Source: Octopus vulgaris
Taxonomy: Eukaryota
Reading direction: 5' to 3'
Length of the DNA: 64,000 bases
Assembly (NCBI GenBank): GCA_951406725.2
Contig: OX597837.1
Location: 37,386,001 to 37,450,000, forward strand
The position numbers and the translations under genes were made by a program. Below are positions 51,676 through 64,000 of this stretch, one piece after another. Numbering within the stretch: the first letter of the stretch is position 1; each line of letters starts with the position of its first letter. Below the pieces are notes generated by a model. The model was not told the DNA's origin. It did not search any database and saw only the letters and a list, made by a program, of their open reading frames with translations.

Positions 51676-52871
51676 CAGTTTCCGATTATTTTTTTTTTAA
51701 ATGTGAATAAATAAGCATCATATTTTGCAGAACAATCTGAATGCTAAAGGGTTGAGGTGGCATTGAATGGAGTCCCTAATCCCTGATCTAAAAGAAAAAG
51801 ATTGAGCTTGTTATGAGAACATTTGTCATAAAGAAGTTGTTCTCCTGTGACAAATACAACAGTGATTAGCATATTCATGTGTGCATGTGCCAGAATACAT
51901 TAAGAATAAATATGCAAATCATTGATGGAAAATAATATTGGAGCAAGAGGGTAAATCACTGAAAAGATCACAAATGGTGACGAAAGACTAAACTCTGCTT
52001 GTGAAGACCTGTTGAGGCAAGTGAAACTGAAAGCGAAATCAAATTTGATGACTGGCATCCATGCTAGTGGAGCGTGAAGAGCACCATCTGAGCGTGATTG
52101 TTGCCAGAGCAGCTAACTGGCTTCCGTGCTGGTGGCAGTAAAATGCACCATTTGAACGTGATCATTACCAGCGTCGCCTTACTGGCACGTGAAAAAAACA
52201 TTTGGGCGAGGTTGTTGTCAGTGCTGCTGGACTGGCTCCTGTGCAGGTGGTACATAAAAAAACACCATTTGAGTGTGGCCATTGCCAGTACCGCCCAACT
52301 GGCCCTCATGCCGGTGGCACGTAAAAGTACCCACTACACTCTTGGAGTGGTTAGCGTTAGGAAGGGCATCCAGCTGTAGAAACTCTGCCCGATCAAGATT
52401 GAAGCCTGGTGCAAACCATCTGGTTCGCCAGTCCTCAGTCAAATCATCCAACCCATGCTAGCATGGAAAGCAGACATTAAACAATGATGATGATGATATA
52501 TATATACATACATACATATATAAAGTTAAAGTTTAAATCTAAATTTAAAATCTAGTAGTATGCTGATAAAGCATGTTCACTTCCCATGGCTACCTGGTGT
52601 CATCCACAGTAATTGCACAATCGTTGCTGGATCTACATCAAGGATTCCTTAGTGTAAGGAACAGCACATTCTGTAAAGAGGTTGGTGTGAGGAAGGACAT
52701 CCAGCCATAGGAACCATGCTCAAACAGACATTGGTGTCTGTTGCGGGCCCTGAGCCTTACCAGCTCCTGTCAAATTGTTCAACCCAAGCCAGCACAGGAA
52801 ATGGATATTATGAGGATGATGATGAAATATAAAGTAAAAGAGGAAAAAAAACAAAAAAACAAACGACTCAC

Positions 52872-52922
52872 CAAAATTATTTTGATTTGATTCTGTTGAT
52901 ATTTGCCCTTCCAGATATATAC
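52872..52922 (-). CDS. IRAK4: IRAK4-like kinase, 51-nt linker microexon (G)IYLEGQISTESNQNNF
   Basis: Acceptor ttcttttgcag, donor TTG|GTGAGT, phase 1 to 1, open in frame. Confidence 0.65.
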
Positions 52923-53445
52923 CTGCAAAAGAATAAAGGTCCACTCTGAGTTTGAACAGGAATGACATTCATGAAGGAAAGAATACAATACTCACTTACC
53001 CATCCATCATGGAAAGCAGACATTAAACAAAGAGGAAGATGATGATATATATATATATACACTAGCAGAGTTATTCATCGTTGCCCGTGTTACATGCAGT
53101 TGAAGAATTAGACTTTTCTGTTATATTTTCTATAATGAACTGGAATACCTATGTTTCGAATTTCATTAAAATTGCAGATGAGGGTTATTTCCTTCTTTAC
53201 ACACCCTAAAAAAATTGTAATCGTGCCACATCATGGACGTTGCCAGCCTCTTCTGGCCCCTGTACCGGTGGCACGTAAAAAGCACCCACTACACTTATGG
53301 AGTGGTTGGCATTAGGAAGGGCATCCAGCTGTAGAAACACTGCCAGATCAGACTGGAGCCTGGTGCAGCTTCCTGGCTTCCCAGACCCCAGTCGAACCAT
53401 CCAACCCATGCTAGCATGGAAAACGGATGTTAAACGATGATGATG

Positions 53446-53476
<31 letters not shown>

Positions 53477-53910
53477 CATATTTGTATGTATGCATGATCA
53501 TTATCATTTAAGGTCTGTTTTCCATGCTGGCATAGGTTGGGCAGTTTGACCGGTGCTGATGAGTGAGAGGACTGCACCAAGCCCTAATGTCTACCTTAGC
53601 ATGCATTCTACTGCCAGATGCCCTTCCTAATACCAACCACTTCCCAGGTGTACTGGGTGCTTTTTACATGGTCCTGGCACTAGTGGGGTCACCAAGTAAC
53701 TCACAAGACAAGAACCCCTTAACATATATATGTGGTTGTTGTGAAAACAAGTGCACTTTTTCCTGATGGCTTACACACACAGACATATGTATGTATATAT
53801 ATATATGTGTATAAATATATAATAATAAGGGTAAAATTAATTAATTAGTAATTAACAATTTTACCAAGCAGTGTTCAGTATGTAAAAAGACCATTTACGG
53901 TATATTTAAA

Positions 53911-54148
53911 ACATTACTTTATATAATTAGGGTTCAGAAAAAAAATTTACTTTACCACACACTGAACTTTTAGAAATAGCAGCCAAAGAATTTAGTTATT
54001 CCTACGTGAATTATTTTTGAGTCTACATTTTTTGGGAGACTCTTCTTGTAGTAGAGGAAATAGCTGAATTCTTTGGTTGCTATTTCTAAAAGTTCAGTGT
54101 GTGGTAAAGTAAATTTTTTTGCTGAACCCTAATTATATAAAGTAATGT
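53911..54148. repeat. Inverted repeat, ~90-bp arms and ~55-bp loop
   Basis: acattactttatataattagggttcag... pairs with ...ctgaaccctaattatataaagtaatgt; a single arm is also at 27040-27125. Confidence 0.85.
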
Positions 54149-54834
54149 ATAAATATATATATAGGTGCATGTATGACACTGTGAGCCCATTGTATATATG
54201 TATGTATACATGTGTGTTTGTACCCCACCATCACTTGACAAGTCATGTCTGTTCATATCCTCATAACTTAGTAGTTTGGCATAAGACACAAACAGAATAC
54301 ATGAGGCTTAATATTAAGGCGGCGAGCTGGTAGAAACGTTAGCATGCCGGGTGAAATGCTTAGCAGTATTTCGTCTGTCTTTACGTTCTGAGTTCAAATT
54401 CTGCTGAGGTTGGCTTTGCTTTTAGTCCTTTCGGGGTCAATAAATTAAGTACCAGTTACACACTGGGGTCAATGTAATCAAGTTAATCCCTTTGTCTGTC
54501 CTTGTTTGTCCTCTCTGTGTCTAGCCCCTTGTGGGCAATAAAAAAATAAGAATACATGAGGCTTAAACATAAATACTGGGGTCAGTTTGTTTAACTAAAA
54601 ACCTTCAAGGCATTACCCCAGCATGGCCACAGACCAATGGCTGCAGCACATAAAAGCCGACTGTGAGAGAGAGAGAGAGAATATGCAGTATCACGTACAT
54701 GTAAATGATATTATGGAAATCAACTTTGAAACTACTGTGGCCGTAGTGATAGGAGAACAAGAAACAAAGTAAAACCAATGATGACACTAATGTAGATATC
54801 GTCCAAACAGCTGAAACCAGTGAACATATTTAAT

Positions 54835-55064
54835 TTAACCCTTTCGATACCAACCTGGCTGAAACCAGTTCTTGCTCTGTAGTACAAATGTCTTGTTTTC
54901 ATAAGTTCTGAATTAAAATCTTCCACCAAACCTTGGTCACAATTTTTGTTCCTAACACTAGCTGAATGATAACTAAGTTATTTTACTAAATTCTTAGTTA
55001 TATTTAAAATTAATTGAAAGAAACACAGAGCATCTCAACAGAAATACAGTAATGAAAGGGTTAA
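54835..55064. mobile_element. TTAA-flanked MITE, family 1
   Basis: ttaaccctttcg...aaagggttaa, same body as 5033-5262. Confidence 0.8.
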
Positions 55065-56949
55065 ATATCAAATGAGCCATAGTATATATAAAAAATTCTC
55101 TAAATTAAAACTTTATCAAAATTTCACGTGAGTCTATTTTCCGAATATCAACTTAATATAACAGTTCTTTTATTAAATTCTTCATAATTTTCAAAATTAA
55201 CCCTTTGATTTCCACATTTCTGTAGAAATACACTGCCTTTGTGTCAATTAATTTTGGAAATATTGAAGAATTCAATAAAACAGCTCATTCATGAAGCTAG
55301 CATGGAAAACGGACGTTAAACGATGATGATGATGTTCCAAAATAATTTGTGTATTTTGTTTTCCTTATATACAAGATTCAAAATAAATAATAACAAAAAT
55401 ATTTTTTGCAGGAAAATTAGAAAAAAATGTGTATGTTAAGAGATTAAAGTAAGAAGTTTGTACCACAATAAAGGTATATTTGGGTGGGTTGGTATTAAAA
55501 GGGTAAAACTGAAGAATAACAACACGTTTGGTTTGGCGTACTTAATCGTGGGAATTATATCGGAGAAGTGGCTGTGTGGTAAGTAGCTTGTTTACCAACC
55601 ACATGGTTCCGGGTTCAGTCCCACTGCGTGGCACCTTGGGCAAGTGTCTTCTACTATAGCCTCAGGCCGACCAAAGCCTTGTGAGTGGATTTGGTAGACG
55701 GAAACTGAAAGAAGCCCGTCGTATATATGTATATGCATATGTGTGTGTGCGTGTATGTTGACAACCGATGCTGGTGTGTTTATGTCCCCGTCACTTAGCG
55801 GTTCGGCAAAAGAGACCAATAGAATAAGTACTGGGCTTACAAAGAATAAGTCCCGGGGTCGAGTTGCTCGATTAAAGGCGGTGTTCCAGCAAGGCCGCCG
55901 TCAAATGACTGAAACAAGTAAAAGAGTATTCCTACAGCTTGCTTGGCTGTGATGGCCAGACTGGAGCACTATCTAGACATACTTTTCTTGGGTAGCCAAG
56001 ACAGATTGGGGTACCATCTCAACCTACTTGGTAGTGGTGGTCAGACCAGGCTGGTGATGACTGTGATGATGTTTTTGTTTAGCTCTGGTTGACTATTATC
56101 CAAGAGAACTATGATAAAAAATATTCCTGTTATGACCATTTTTTGACTATGGCTGATTAAGGCAATGATGATGATGATGATGATAGAGAAAACAGACTCA
56201 TTTGAAGAATTAATTGAGACAAATGAAGATACAAGTGTGAAACTAGGAATGTAGGTCAGTAAGCTTTTTAGAAGATGAATGAATGCAGTGTCTGTGAGGT
56301 GTGGGTGGGGGGTAGTATTTGTCATAATGTACATGTGTGTGTGTTATAGTGTGTGTGAGTGTGTGAGAGTGTGTGTGTTTGTAAGAGAGAGAGAGAGAGA
56401 GAGTGTGTATGTGTGTGTGTTTGTGAGAGAGAGGGTGTGTGTTTGTAAGAGAGAGAGAGAGAGAGAGTGTGGTGTGTGTGTTTGTGAGAGAGAGAGAGAG
56501 AGAAAGAGTGTGGTGTGTGTGTGTTTGTGAGAGAGAGAGATAGAGAGTGTGTGTGTGTGTGTGTGCACTTGTGCAAAAATGTATGTGTCTGTTTGTGGTA
56601 GTGTGTGTGTGTGTGTGTATGATAGAGAGAGAGAGAGAAAGAGGAGAGGGAGAGACATGGATTAAGACCTTCCTTTTATTGATAAAAATGGCCAATGTTT
56701 GAAGGAGGAGGGTACTTGTGCGATAGAGAATGAGAGGAGGGAATACGACGGAGGAGGGAGGTAAGGACAGATAGTAGGACCTTCCTTGGTGTTGGATATA
56801 TGTGTGTGTTACCTGTTAGAGAGGAGACAGACAGACAGACATAAGGCGAGAGAGACTTCTAGTCATATAAAATCTAGCGTGAGACAGGAGTGGGAAGTGA
56901 GAAAAAGAAAGTGGCAGACAACAGGATATATATACATATACACACACAC

Positions 56950-58553
56950 AAGGTGTGGTGAATAAACTGTCTGGCTAAATTGCGCAAAAATAAAAATAAT
57001 GCTGACATCTCATTTTAACAGAAATGGCACGTAAAAAGCAGCATCCGACCGTGGCCCGTTTGCCAGCCTCGCCTGGCACCTGTGCCAGTGGCACGTAAAA
57101 AGCACCATCCGATCGTGGGCCGTTTGCCAGCCTCGTCTGGCACCTGTGCCGGTGGCACGTAAAAAGCACCATCCGATCGTGACTGTTTGCCAGCCTCGTC
57201 TGGCCCCCGTGCTGGTGGCATGTAAAAAGCACCATCCGACCGTGGCCGTTTGCCAGCCTCATCTGGCCCCCGTGCCGGTGGCATGTAAAAAGCACCATCC
57301 GATTGTGGCCGTTTGCCAGCCTCGTCTGGCCCCCGTGCCGGTGGCACGTAAAAAGCACCATCCGACTGTGGCCGTTTGCCAGCCTCATCTGGCCCCCGTA
57401 CCGGTGGCACGTAAAAAGCACCGTCCGATCGTTGCCGTCTGCCAGCCTCGTCTGGCCCCCATGCCGGTGGCACGTAAAAAGCACCATCCGACCGTGGCCG
57501 TTTGCCAGCCTCATCTGGCACCTGTGCCGGTGACACGTAAAAAGCACCATCCGATCATGGCCGTTTGACAGCCCCGTCTGGCACCTGTGCCGGTGGCACG
57601 TAAAAAGCACCCACTACACTCACAGAGTGGTTGGCATTAGGAAGGGCATCCAGCTGTAGAAACACTGCCAGATCAGACTGGAGCCTGGTGCAGCCTTCTG
57701 GCTTCCCAGACCCCAGTTGAACCGTCCAACCCATGCTAGCATGGAAAATGGACGCTAAACGATGATGATGATGATTTACCAAAATTACTTTAAATTATCT
57801 TGAAATACTAAAGAGTAAATTTATTCAATAAAATCGCCATTGGCTTCAACCACAGCCTCCAGATGACACTAGAATCTTTTGCAAATCTTCTAGATGGTCT
57901 CCTTATTTAAGTTGGTGAATGCTGCCATAATCCTTGCCTTCTGTTCATCTTTGGTGTTACAAGGAGTTTTGTTGGTCTCTCGCTCTATGCCCTACACATA
58001 ATAATCAAGGGGGTTGCAGTCTGAAAGAGTTAGGCAGCCAGATGTTAGGGGGTGATGTGGTTGCAGTAATCATCTGACAGCCATGGTTAGGTTCTCTTGT
58101 TTGTATGACATGGTGCAGAGTCCTTTTGCCAGACATAGGATCTTCCAGTAGCCACCTCCATGACCCAGGGCAGCACTACCTCCTTTAAGCACTTGATGTA
58201 GACTTCTATGTCTGAGGCCGTGTGGGAAGATGAATGGAGGCATAAAGTAGCCATCACTAAGTGATCACTCCAAACATCACGATGTTGACTGGATGTTTAA
58301 TTTTTATCACTCTCGGTACATGTCCTCAGATTGACACACAAACACTCTGAAATGTTTGTATTGGAATTTCCGGTGCAAATGCCAAGCAGTACAGCATGTC
58401 GGTTTCAAATTTCTGGCAGAGTGAATTGTGTCATGGTGCTGTTTTTCTCACAGACGGTGCCCAAATGACCCTACTATACTATGTAGTTGACAAAATCTAA
58501 AACAATGCGCATGCGAAATTAAAAATATAAAAATTTACCTATTGCACCCTGTA
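56950..58553 (-). mobile_element. Decayed Tc1/mariner-superfamily transposon interrupted by a SINE (57025-57775)
   Basis: Minus-strand translation with stops and frameshifts: YVWQKDSAPCHT...PNS.DCNPLDYYV...LEAVVEANGDFIE*. Terminus TACAGGGTG at 58553. Confidence 0.75.
57025..57775 (+). mobile_element. SINE-like family C (gttggcgttaggaagggcatccagc core, (TGA)n tail) with ~9 internal 63-bp tandem units
   Basis: ggcacgtaaaaagcacc units at 57026, 57090, 57154, 57217 ... 57595. Other copies near 5788, 17261, 17917, 21224, 21743, 36465, 47500, 49736, 52045 and 53225. Confidence 0.8.
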
Positions 58554-59244
58554 TGTGTATACACACACACACAAACACACATCCGGTTGTCTGTCATTTT
58601 TAGTACATTATAATAGATATATCAATGCATATATATTGTATAAATATATTTATTATAAAGTGATAAAAGTGACAGATAACAGAATATGTGTGAGTCTGTC
58701 CTGTTGTTTGTCACTTTTATCACATTATAATAGATATAATATATCAATATAGTGTATACGTATACACACACACTAGCAAGGTATTATGACACAAAGTTTA
58801 TCATTCTCTATATTTGGAAAATATTTGATGTAACACTCATGTCATACACAACTACTTATTGTTATGTAATTATAACAATTATTTATGAATTACATGGGTC
58901 CTAAGTGTGACTTCAAACTGCATCCAGTAGTGGTGCCCTCATTCAAGAGTTTCAGGAGTTCAACTTCTGCCCATGTTGATTTTGCCTTCCAGCCTTCCAG
59001 GGTTGGTAAATAAAGAACCAGTGAAGCACTGGGGGGTCAATGTAATCCAGGCCTTGTGCCTATAGTAGCAATAGAATGACTGTTTTGCATATATCTAAGG
59101 GATGTGGTTTATAGTTTATTGCATGACCAATTTTTCAAGGCCTTTATTCTATTTCTGAACCAGTTTGCTTACAGTAACATTGTGTTGGTGTGCAATGTAT
59201 ATTATTATTATTGGAAGAATTGACAGAGTTATGTATAACTGTGT

Positions 59245-59470
59245 TTTGCATGTATTGAATTTTCTCTTGGTATCCAGCCCTAGCTACAGCAGTATTGTAA
59301 CATGGTGCTTGTACTTCCAGAATTTCTTTATTTGCAGATAACTTAGATATCCTAATTGAAATACTCTTAACTAATATCCATATTATTAATGGTGGATGGT
59401 TAGACGCTACATTTATATACTTGATATTATCATTTGGCTTATGAAAGTATCCAGTATCAAGATGATTATG
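59245..59470 (-). mobile_element. Penelope-like retroelement RT fragment
   Basis: FHKPNDNIKYINVASNHPPLII...SISIRISKLS...Y..A....GY resembles the PLE motif YRKP.....Y....S.HP. Confidence 0.7.
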
Positions 59471-59749
59471 AGTCGTTATAAGAAAGCAAGCTGGAAGAAT
59501 CGATGTTACACGAAATGAAATGCTTAGCGGTGTTTCATGTTTTTGCATTCTGAGTTAAAATAATAATAATAATAATTATTAATTCTCTTTATTGGCCACA
59601 AGGGCTAATGTAAATCAAAACATTAAAGGACAACACAAGACGATATACAAAAATTTTGCAAAGGAAACATCCGTGTAAACATTTCATAACAGTAATAACA
59701 ATGTAACGAGTAAAAATCTCCCCAGGGGGGGAGGAAAATAATTACTTAC

Positions 59750-59791
59750 CTCGATTGTCTCCTATGCAATTTGGCTGCTTCACAGACGTAC
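59750..59791 (-). CDS. IRAK4: IRAK4-like kinase, 42-nt linker microexon (G)TSVKQPNCIGDNR
   Basis: Acceptor ttttcctag, donor GAG|GTAAGT, phase 1 to 1. Open in the frame required by the flanking exons; unique sequence among repeats. Confidence 0.65.
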
Positions 59792-59798
59792 CTAGGAA

Positions 59799-59832
<34 letters not shown>

Positions 59833-59993
59833 GCAACAACAACAATAAAAACAACAACAACAATAATAATAGCAATAATAATAATAACAACAACAATAAT
59901 AACAACAACAATAACAATAATAATAACAACAACAACAACAACAATAATAACAACAGCAACAATAACAATAATAACAATAATAATAATAATAGC

Positions 59994-60023
<30 letters not shown>
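59799..60023. repeat. (AAT/AAC)n triplet array abutting the 42-nt microexon acceptor
   Basis: Seen directly. Confidence 0.9.
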
Positions 60024-60024
<1 letters not shown>

Positions 60025-60538
60025 GTTTAGAAGTTTTTTCCACAAGGGCAGCAATTTTGGGGGAGGGGATGAGTCGATGTAGTCGACCTCAGTGTTTCAC
60101 TGGTACTTAATTTATCGACCCCGAAAGGACGAAAGGCAAAGTTGACCTCAACAGAATTTGAACTCAGAACGTAAAGACAAACGAAATGCCACCGAGCATT
60201 TTGCCCAGCATGCTAACGATTCTGCCAGTTTGCCACCTAAAAAATAAGACGATGATGATGATGATGATGATGATGATAGGTGGAAGCATGGCTCTGTGAT
60301 CAGAAAGCTTGTGTCATATGGACTGTGGAGATTTACAGAATCAAGAATGAGTTAACTTGGTTCTTGTGTCCTGATTGCACACACAAAGAACTGAGTTTAT
60401 TTGGTTACCGCAGAAATAAGGGCTCAGTTTATCCTTTATCTTTGCAATCATTCAACCATAAGACAGCATCTATGCTAGAGCACTGCCTTGAAGAATGTTT
60501 AGTTCAATGAATCGACCCCAGTACATTTTTTTTGTCTT

Positions 60539-61070
60539 TAACCCTTTAGTGTTCAGAACTAATTGGATAGTGACTCAACAACTAAAACTATTAGCGATGA
60601 CAGGGATTTATTTGATGACAGCTCACGAACAATCTTATACTGCAACAGTTTGACCAGAGGATCTTAAACTCCAGCCACATCATATGTGGATGACTAGAGG
60701 TCACTGAACACTAACTGTGCTTCAAGATCTGTATATAACTCAGAATTGACCAGGAGTCAATTCTGATTATTCAATGTCTGTCACACTGTGGCAAGAGATA
60801 GAGGTTTGAGAAGAAAAAAGGGCCCGGGGTCACTGTCAACATAAGAACTTATAAATCTATGAAACGAGTTGCTGCTCATTATAATATATTAAAATCTTTG
60901 ATTAGAATTAATCATGCATTATCTCATATCTTCAAGATCTTGATGGTGTAATTACTTAATGTAGAATAACATTATAGGGTAGGTGTGAGAGCCTGGATCT
61001 GGTCAGTTTGAACGTAAAACAGATTAGCTATTTTGGCCGGATATGGCCGGTTTAAATACTAAAGGGTTAA
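60539..61070. mobile_element. Family-2 MITE ends enclosing ~340 bp of unrelated internal sequence
   Basis: Left end ttaaccctttagtgttcaga; 60906-61070 is nearly identical to 44030-44195. Confidence 0.6.
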
Positions 61071-61585
61071 ATCCATTTTTCAAAATTAATTGAAAGCATG
61101 GCAGGGTATTTCGGCAGAAATATGGTAACGAAAGGGTTAAAGTGATCTAAATTAAACCCTGCCTTCAAAATTTTGTGTTAATTTATGCTCCAAATGCCAG
61201 ATTAATAACGACAAAATTATTTCAAAATTAACTGAAACCAAGGACGTGTATTTCAACAGGAATTTGGTAACAAAAGTGTTAAAGTGATCTAAAAACATTC
61301 AGTCGAATCTTCGGGCTAATTTTTTTCCAAACACCAGCTTAATAATGACATACATTTTACTACATTTTTAATTATTTTCCCAACAAAAAAAAAAAAAAAA
61401 AGCAAAGTGGGGTGGCTGTGTGTTAAGTAGCTTGCTAACCAGCCACATGGTTCCAGGTTCAGTCCCACTGCGTGGCATCTTGGGCAAGTGTCTTCTGCTA
61501 TAGCCCCGGGCCGACCAATGCCTTGTGAGTGGATTTGGTAGACGGAAACTGAAAGAAGCCTGTCGTATGTATGTATATATATATA

Positions 61586-61649
<64 letters not shown>

Positions 61650-62914
61650 TTGTCCCCCTGATGCTGGTGTGTTTATGTCCCCCGTCACTTAGCGGTTCGG
61701 CAAAAGAAACCGATAGAATAAGTACTGGGCTTACAAAGAATAAGTCCTGGGGTCAATTTGCTCGACTAAAGGCAGTGCTCCAGCATGGCCACAGTTAAAT
61801 GATTGAAACAAGTAAAAAAAAAAAAAAAAAAAACTATTTCAACAGAAATACCATAGCAAAAAGGGTTAATCAGGCAATTATTAATGTTGCTCGTTATGTT
61901 TCTGGGTTAGAAGGAAAAGCTGTTACACGCGTTCGCTCATTATGATTGCACAAAACACGTCAGGTCTATTATCACCATAGCAACAAAATTTGTACAAGAA
62001 ATTGGATGAAATTTTTTTTGAACAGCTGAAGTCTAAACCTAAAACAGCAGTAAAAATAGATATGCAATAGAAAACACTCGCTCCAGATGCTTAGAAGTGA
62101 GATTGAACCCAAAACCAGAGATGCAAAGCAAACTACATAACCACACAGCCATGTCTATTTTTATTATTATTATTAATTATTGATTATTTATTATTATTAT
62201 TAATTATTATTATTAATATTATTATTATTATTTATTATTATTATTAATATTATTAATTACTATTATTATTATTTATTATTATTAATATTATTATTATTAT
62301 TATTACAAAGGCGGTGAGTTGGCAGAATGGTTAGCATGCTGGGCGAAATGTTTAGTGGCGTTTTGTCTGTCTTTACGTTCTGAGTTCAAATTCCACTGAG
62401 GTCGACTTTGCCTTTCATCCTCTCGGGGTCAATTAAATAAGTACCAGTGAAACACTGGGGTCGATGTGATCAACTTACCCCTTCCCCACAAATTTCAGGC
62501 CTTGTGCCTATAGTAGAAAGGATTACTCTCTCTTTTACTCTTTTACTTGTTTCAGTTATTTGACTGCGGCCATGCTGGAGCACCGCCTTTAGTCGAGCAA
62601 ATCGACCCCGGGACTTATTCTTTGTAAGCCCAGTACTTATTCTATCGGTCTCTTTTGCCGAACCGCTAAGTGGTACGGGGACGTAAACACACCAGCATCG
62701 GTTGTCAAGCAATGCTAGGGGGACAAACACACACACATACACATATATATATATACATATACGACAGGCTTCTTTCAGTTTCCATCTACCAAATCCACTC
62801 ACAAGGCATTGGTCGGCCCGGGGCTATAGCAGAAGACACTTGCCCAAGATGCCACGCAGTGGGACTGAACCCGGAACCATGTGGTTGGTTAGCAAGCTAC
62901 TTACCACACAGCCA

Positions 62915-62966
<52 letters not shown>

Positions 62967-63424
62967 AAGGTGGTGAGCTGGCAGAATCGTTAGCACGCTG
63001 GACAAAATGCTTAACGGTATTTTGCCTGTTACTCCGTTCTGAGTTCAAAATCCACCGAGATCAAATATGCCTTTCATCCTTTCGGGGTCGATAAAATAGG
63101 TACTAGTTAAGCACTGAGGTTGATGTAATTGACTATTCCCCTCCCCCAAAATAGCTGCCCTTGTGGCAAAATTTGAAACCATTATTGCTGAGGGAGCGAG
63201 CTGGCAGAACTGTTAGCATGCCGGATGAAATGCTTAGCGGTATTTTGCCCATCGGTCTGTTCTGAGTTCAAATTCCACTGAGGTCAACTTTGCTTTTCAT
63301 CCTTTTGGGGTCGATAAAATAAGTACCCATTGTACACTTGTGTCAATATAATCAACTCATTTCCCTCCCCCAAAATTGCTGCCCTTGTGGCAAAATTTAA
63401 AACCATCATCATTATTATTGCTAT

Positions 63425-63560
63425 CATCTTCAAGAGTCCACAGCTCTTCAGTATCCTCCCACAAAGCTTCAGAGACCTACATGGAGTGGATGTAGGCATT
63501 TTCAAAACAAAACTGGATCTCCCCCCATCAAGAGTTCCGGATGAGCCTATCTCACAGCAA
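63425..63560 (+). mobile_element. Degenerate LINE (CR1/L2-like) ORF2 C-terminal fragment
   Basis: PQLFSILPQSFRDL...FKTKLD...VPDEP resembles the LFN.LP...FK..LD...PD.P motif. Confidence 0.55.
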
Positions 63561-63745
63561 GAAATGCAGATGAAGGCAGCAGCATCAAGTGCCCCCAGTC
63601 ACCAAATGCCACATATCACAAGGGGTTTCAAATAGTGAAAGTTTGACAAAGCTAATAATGGTGGTGCCCCAGCATGGCCACAGCCCTCATGCTGGAAGTA
63701 ATAAATGAAGAAAATAATAAAGTTTTATTATTACTAGATTCTTAC

Positions 63746-63906
63746 CCTTTAGAACATCAACGGCGACATAGTCTGCAGCAGCAACAAGATCGGAATCCAG
63801 GAGGGCCTTCATTAAGTGCTTAATTCGAGGGTTTTGCATGCCCCAGTCTTCTAGAATAATCCGGGTGGGACTTTTACCTGTACGTCGACTTCGATCTTGA
63901 ATGTTC
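63746..63906 (-). CDS. IRAK4: IRAK4-like kinase, death-domain exon (161 nt, phase 2 to 1)
   Basis: Acceptor ttttgtcag, donor G|GTAAG. NIQDRSRRTGKSPTRIILEDWGMQNPRIKHLMKALLDSDLVAAADYV resembles the IRAK4 death domain GKSPT..LL.DWG..N. Confidence 0.88.
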
Positions 63907-64000
63907 CTGACAAAAGAGAAAAACAAAAAAGAGAGAAATAAACACATTAATGAGCTTAATAAATTTGAAACTACTTATGAACATAATTTGTCAACCCCAA

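Noticed and set aside
56975-57610. Repetitive 173-211 aa ORFs
   Set aside because: Produced by the 63-bp internal SINE unit and open on both strands.

Overview
This is eukaryotic, AT-rich, microsatellite- and repeat-dense DNA; the SINE/MITE repertoire looks like an octopus (coleoid cephalopod) genome (inference). There is no CRISPR array, rRNA or operon. Two spliced genes, both on the minus strand, can be rebuilt by hand. (1) An IRAK4-like death-domain kinase has 12 exons from 63906 down to a stop at 30123, all GT-AG and phase-consistent, 1450 nt in total; its first exon(s) lie beyond the window end. It includes two frame-preserving microexons (42 and 51 nt) and has atypical residues: Cys gatekeeper, DFA instead of DFG, and a PxExxE TRAF6-type motif. 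(2) The first coding exon of a Rab43/Rab19-like GTPase is at 13121-12924, with NRF1 and ETS-CRE motifs upstream. The rest is introns and intergenic DNA holding three SINE families, CR1, RTE and Penelope fragments, TTAA (piggyBac-type) MITEs, a Merlin-like MITE with an 8-bp TSD, a non-autonomous Helitron, a decayed Tc1/mariner, fold-backs and an 89-bp SINE-derived satellite. The most unusual observations are a ~22-bp-period array of NRF1/Ewg consensus sites (26443-26830) and a MITE-spacer-MITE composite, present twice in inverted orientation, whose spacer has a kB-like palindrome. Almost all supplied ORFs are simple-repeat or SINE artefacts.
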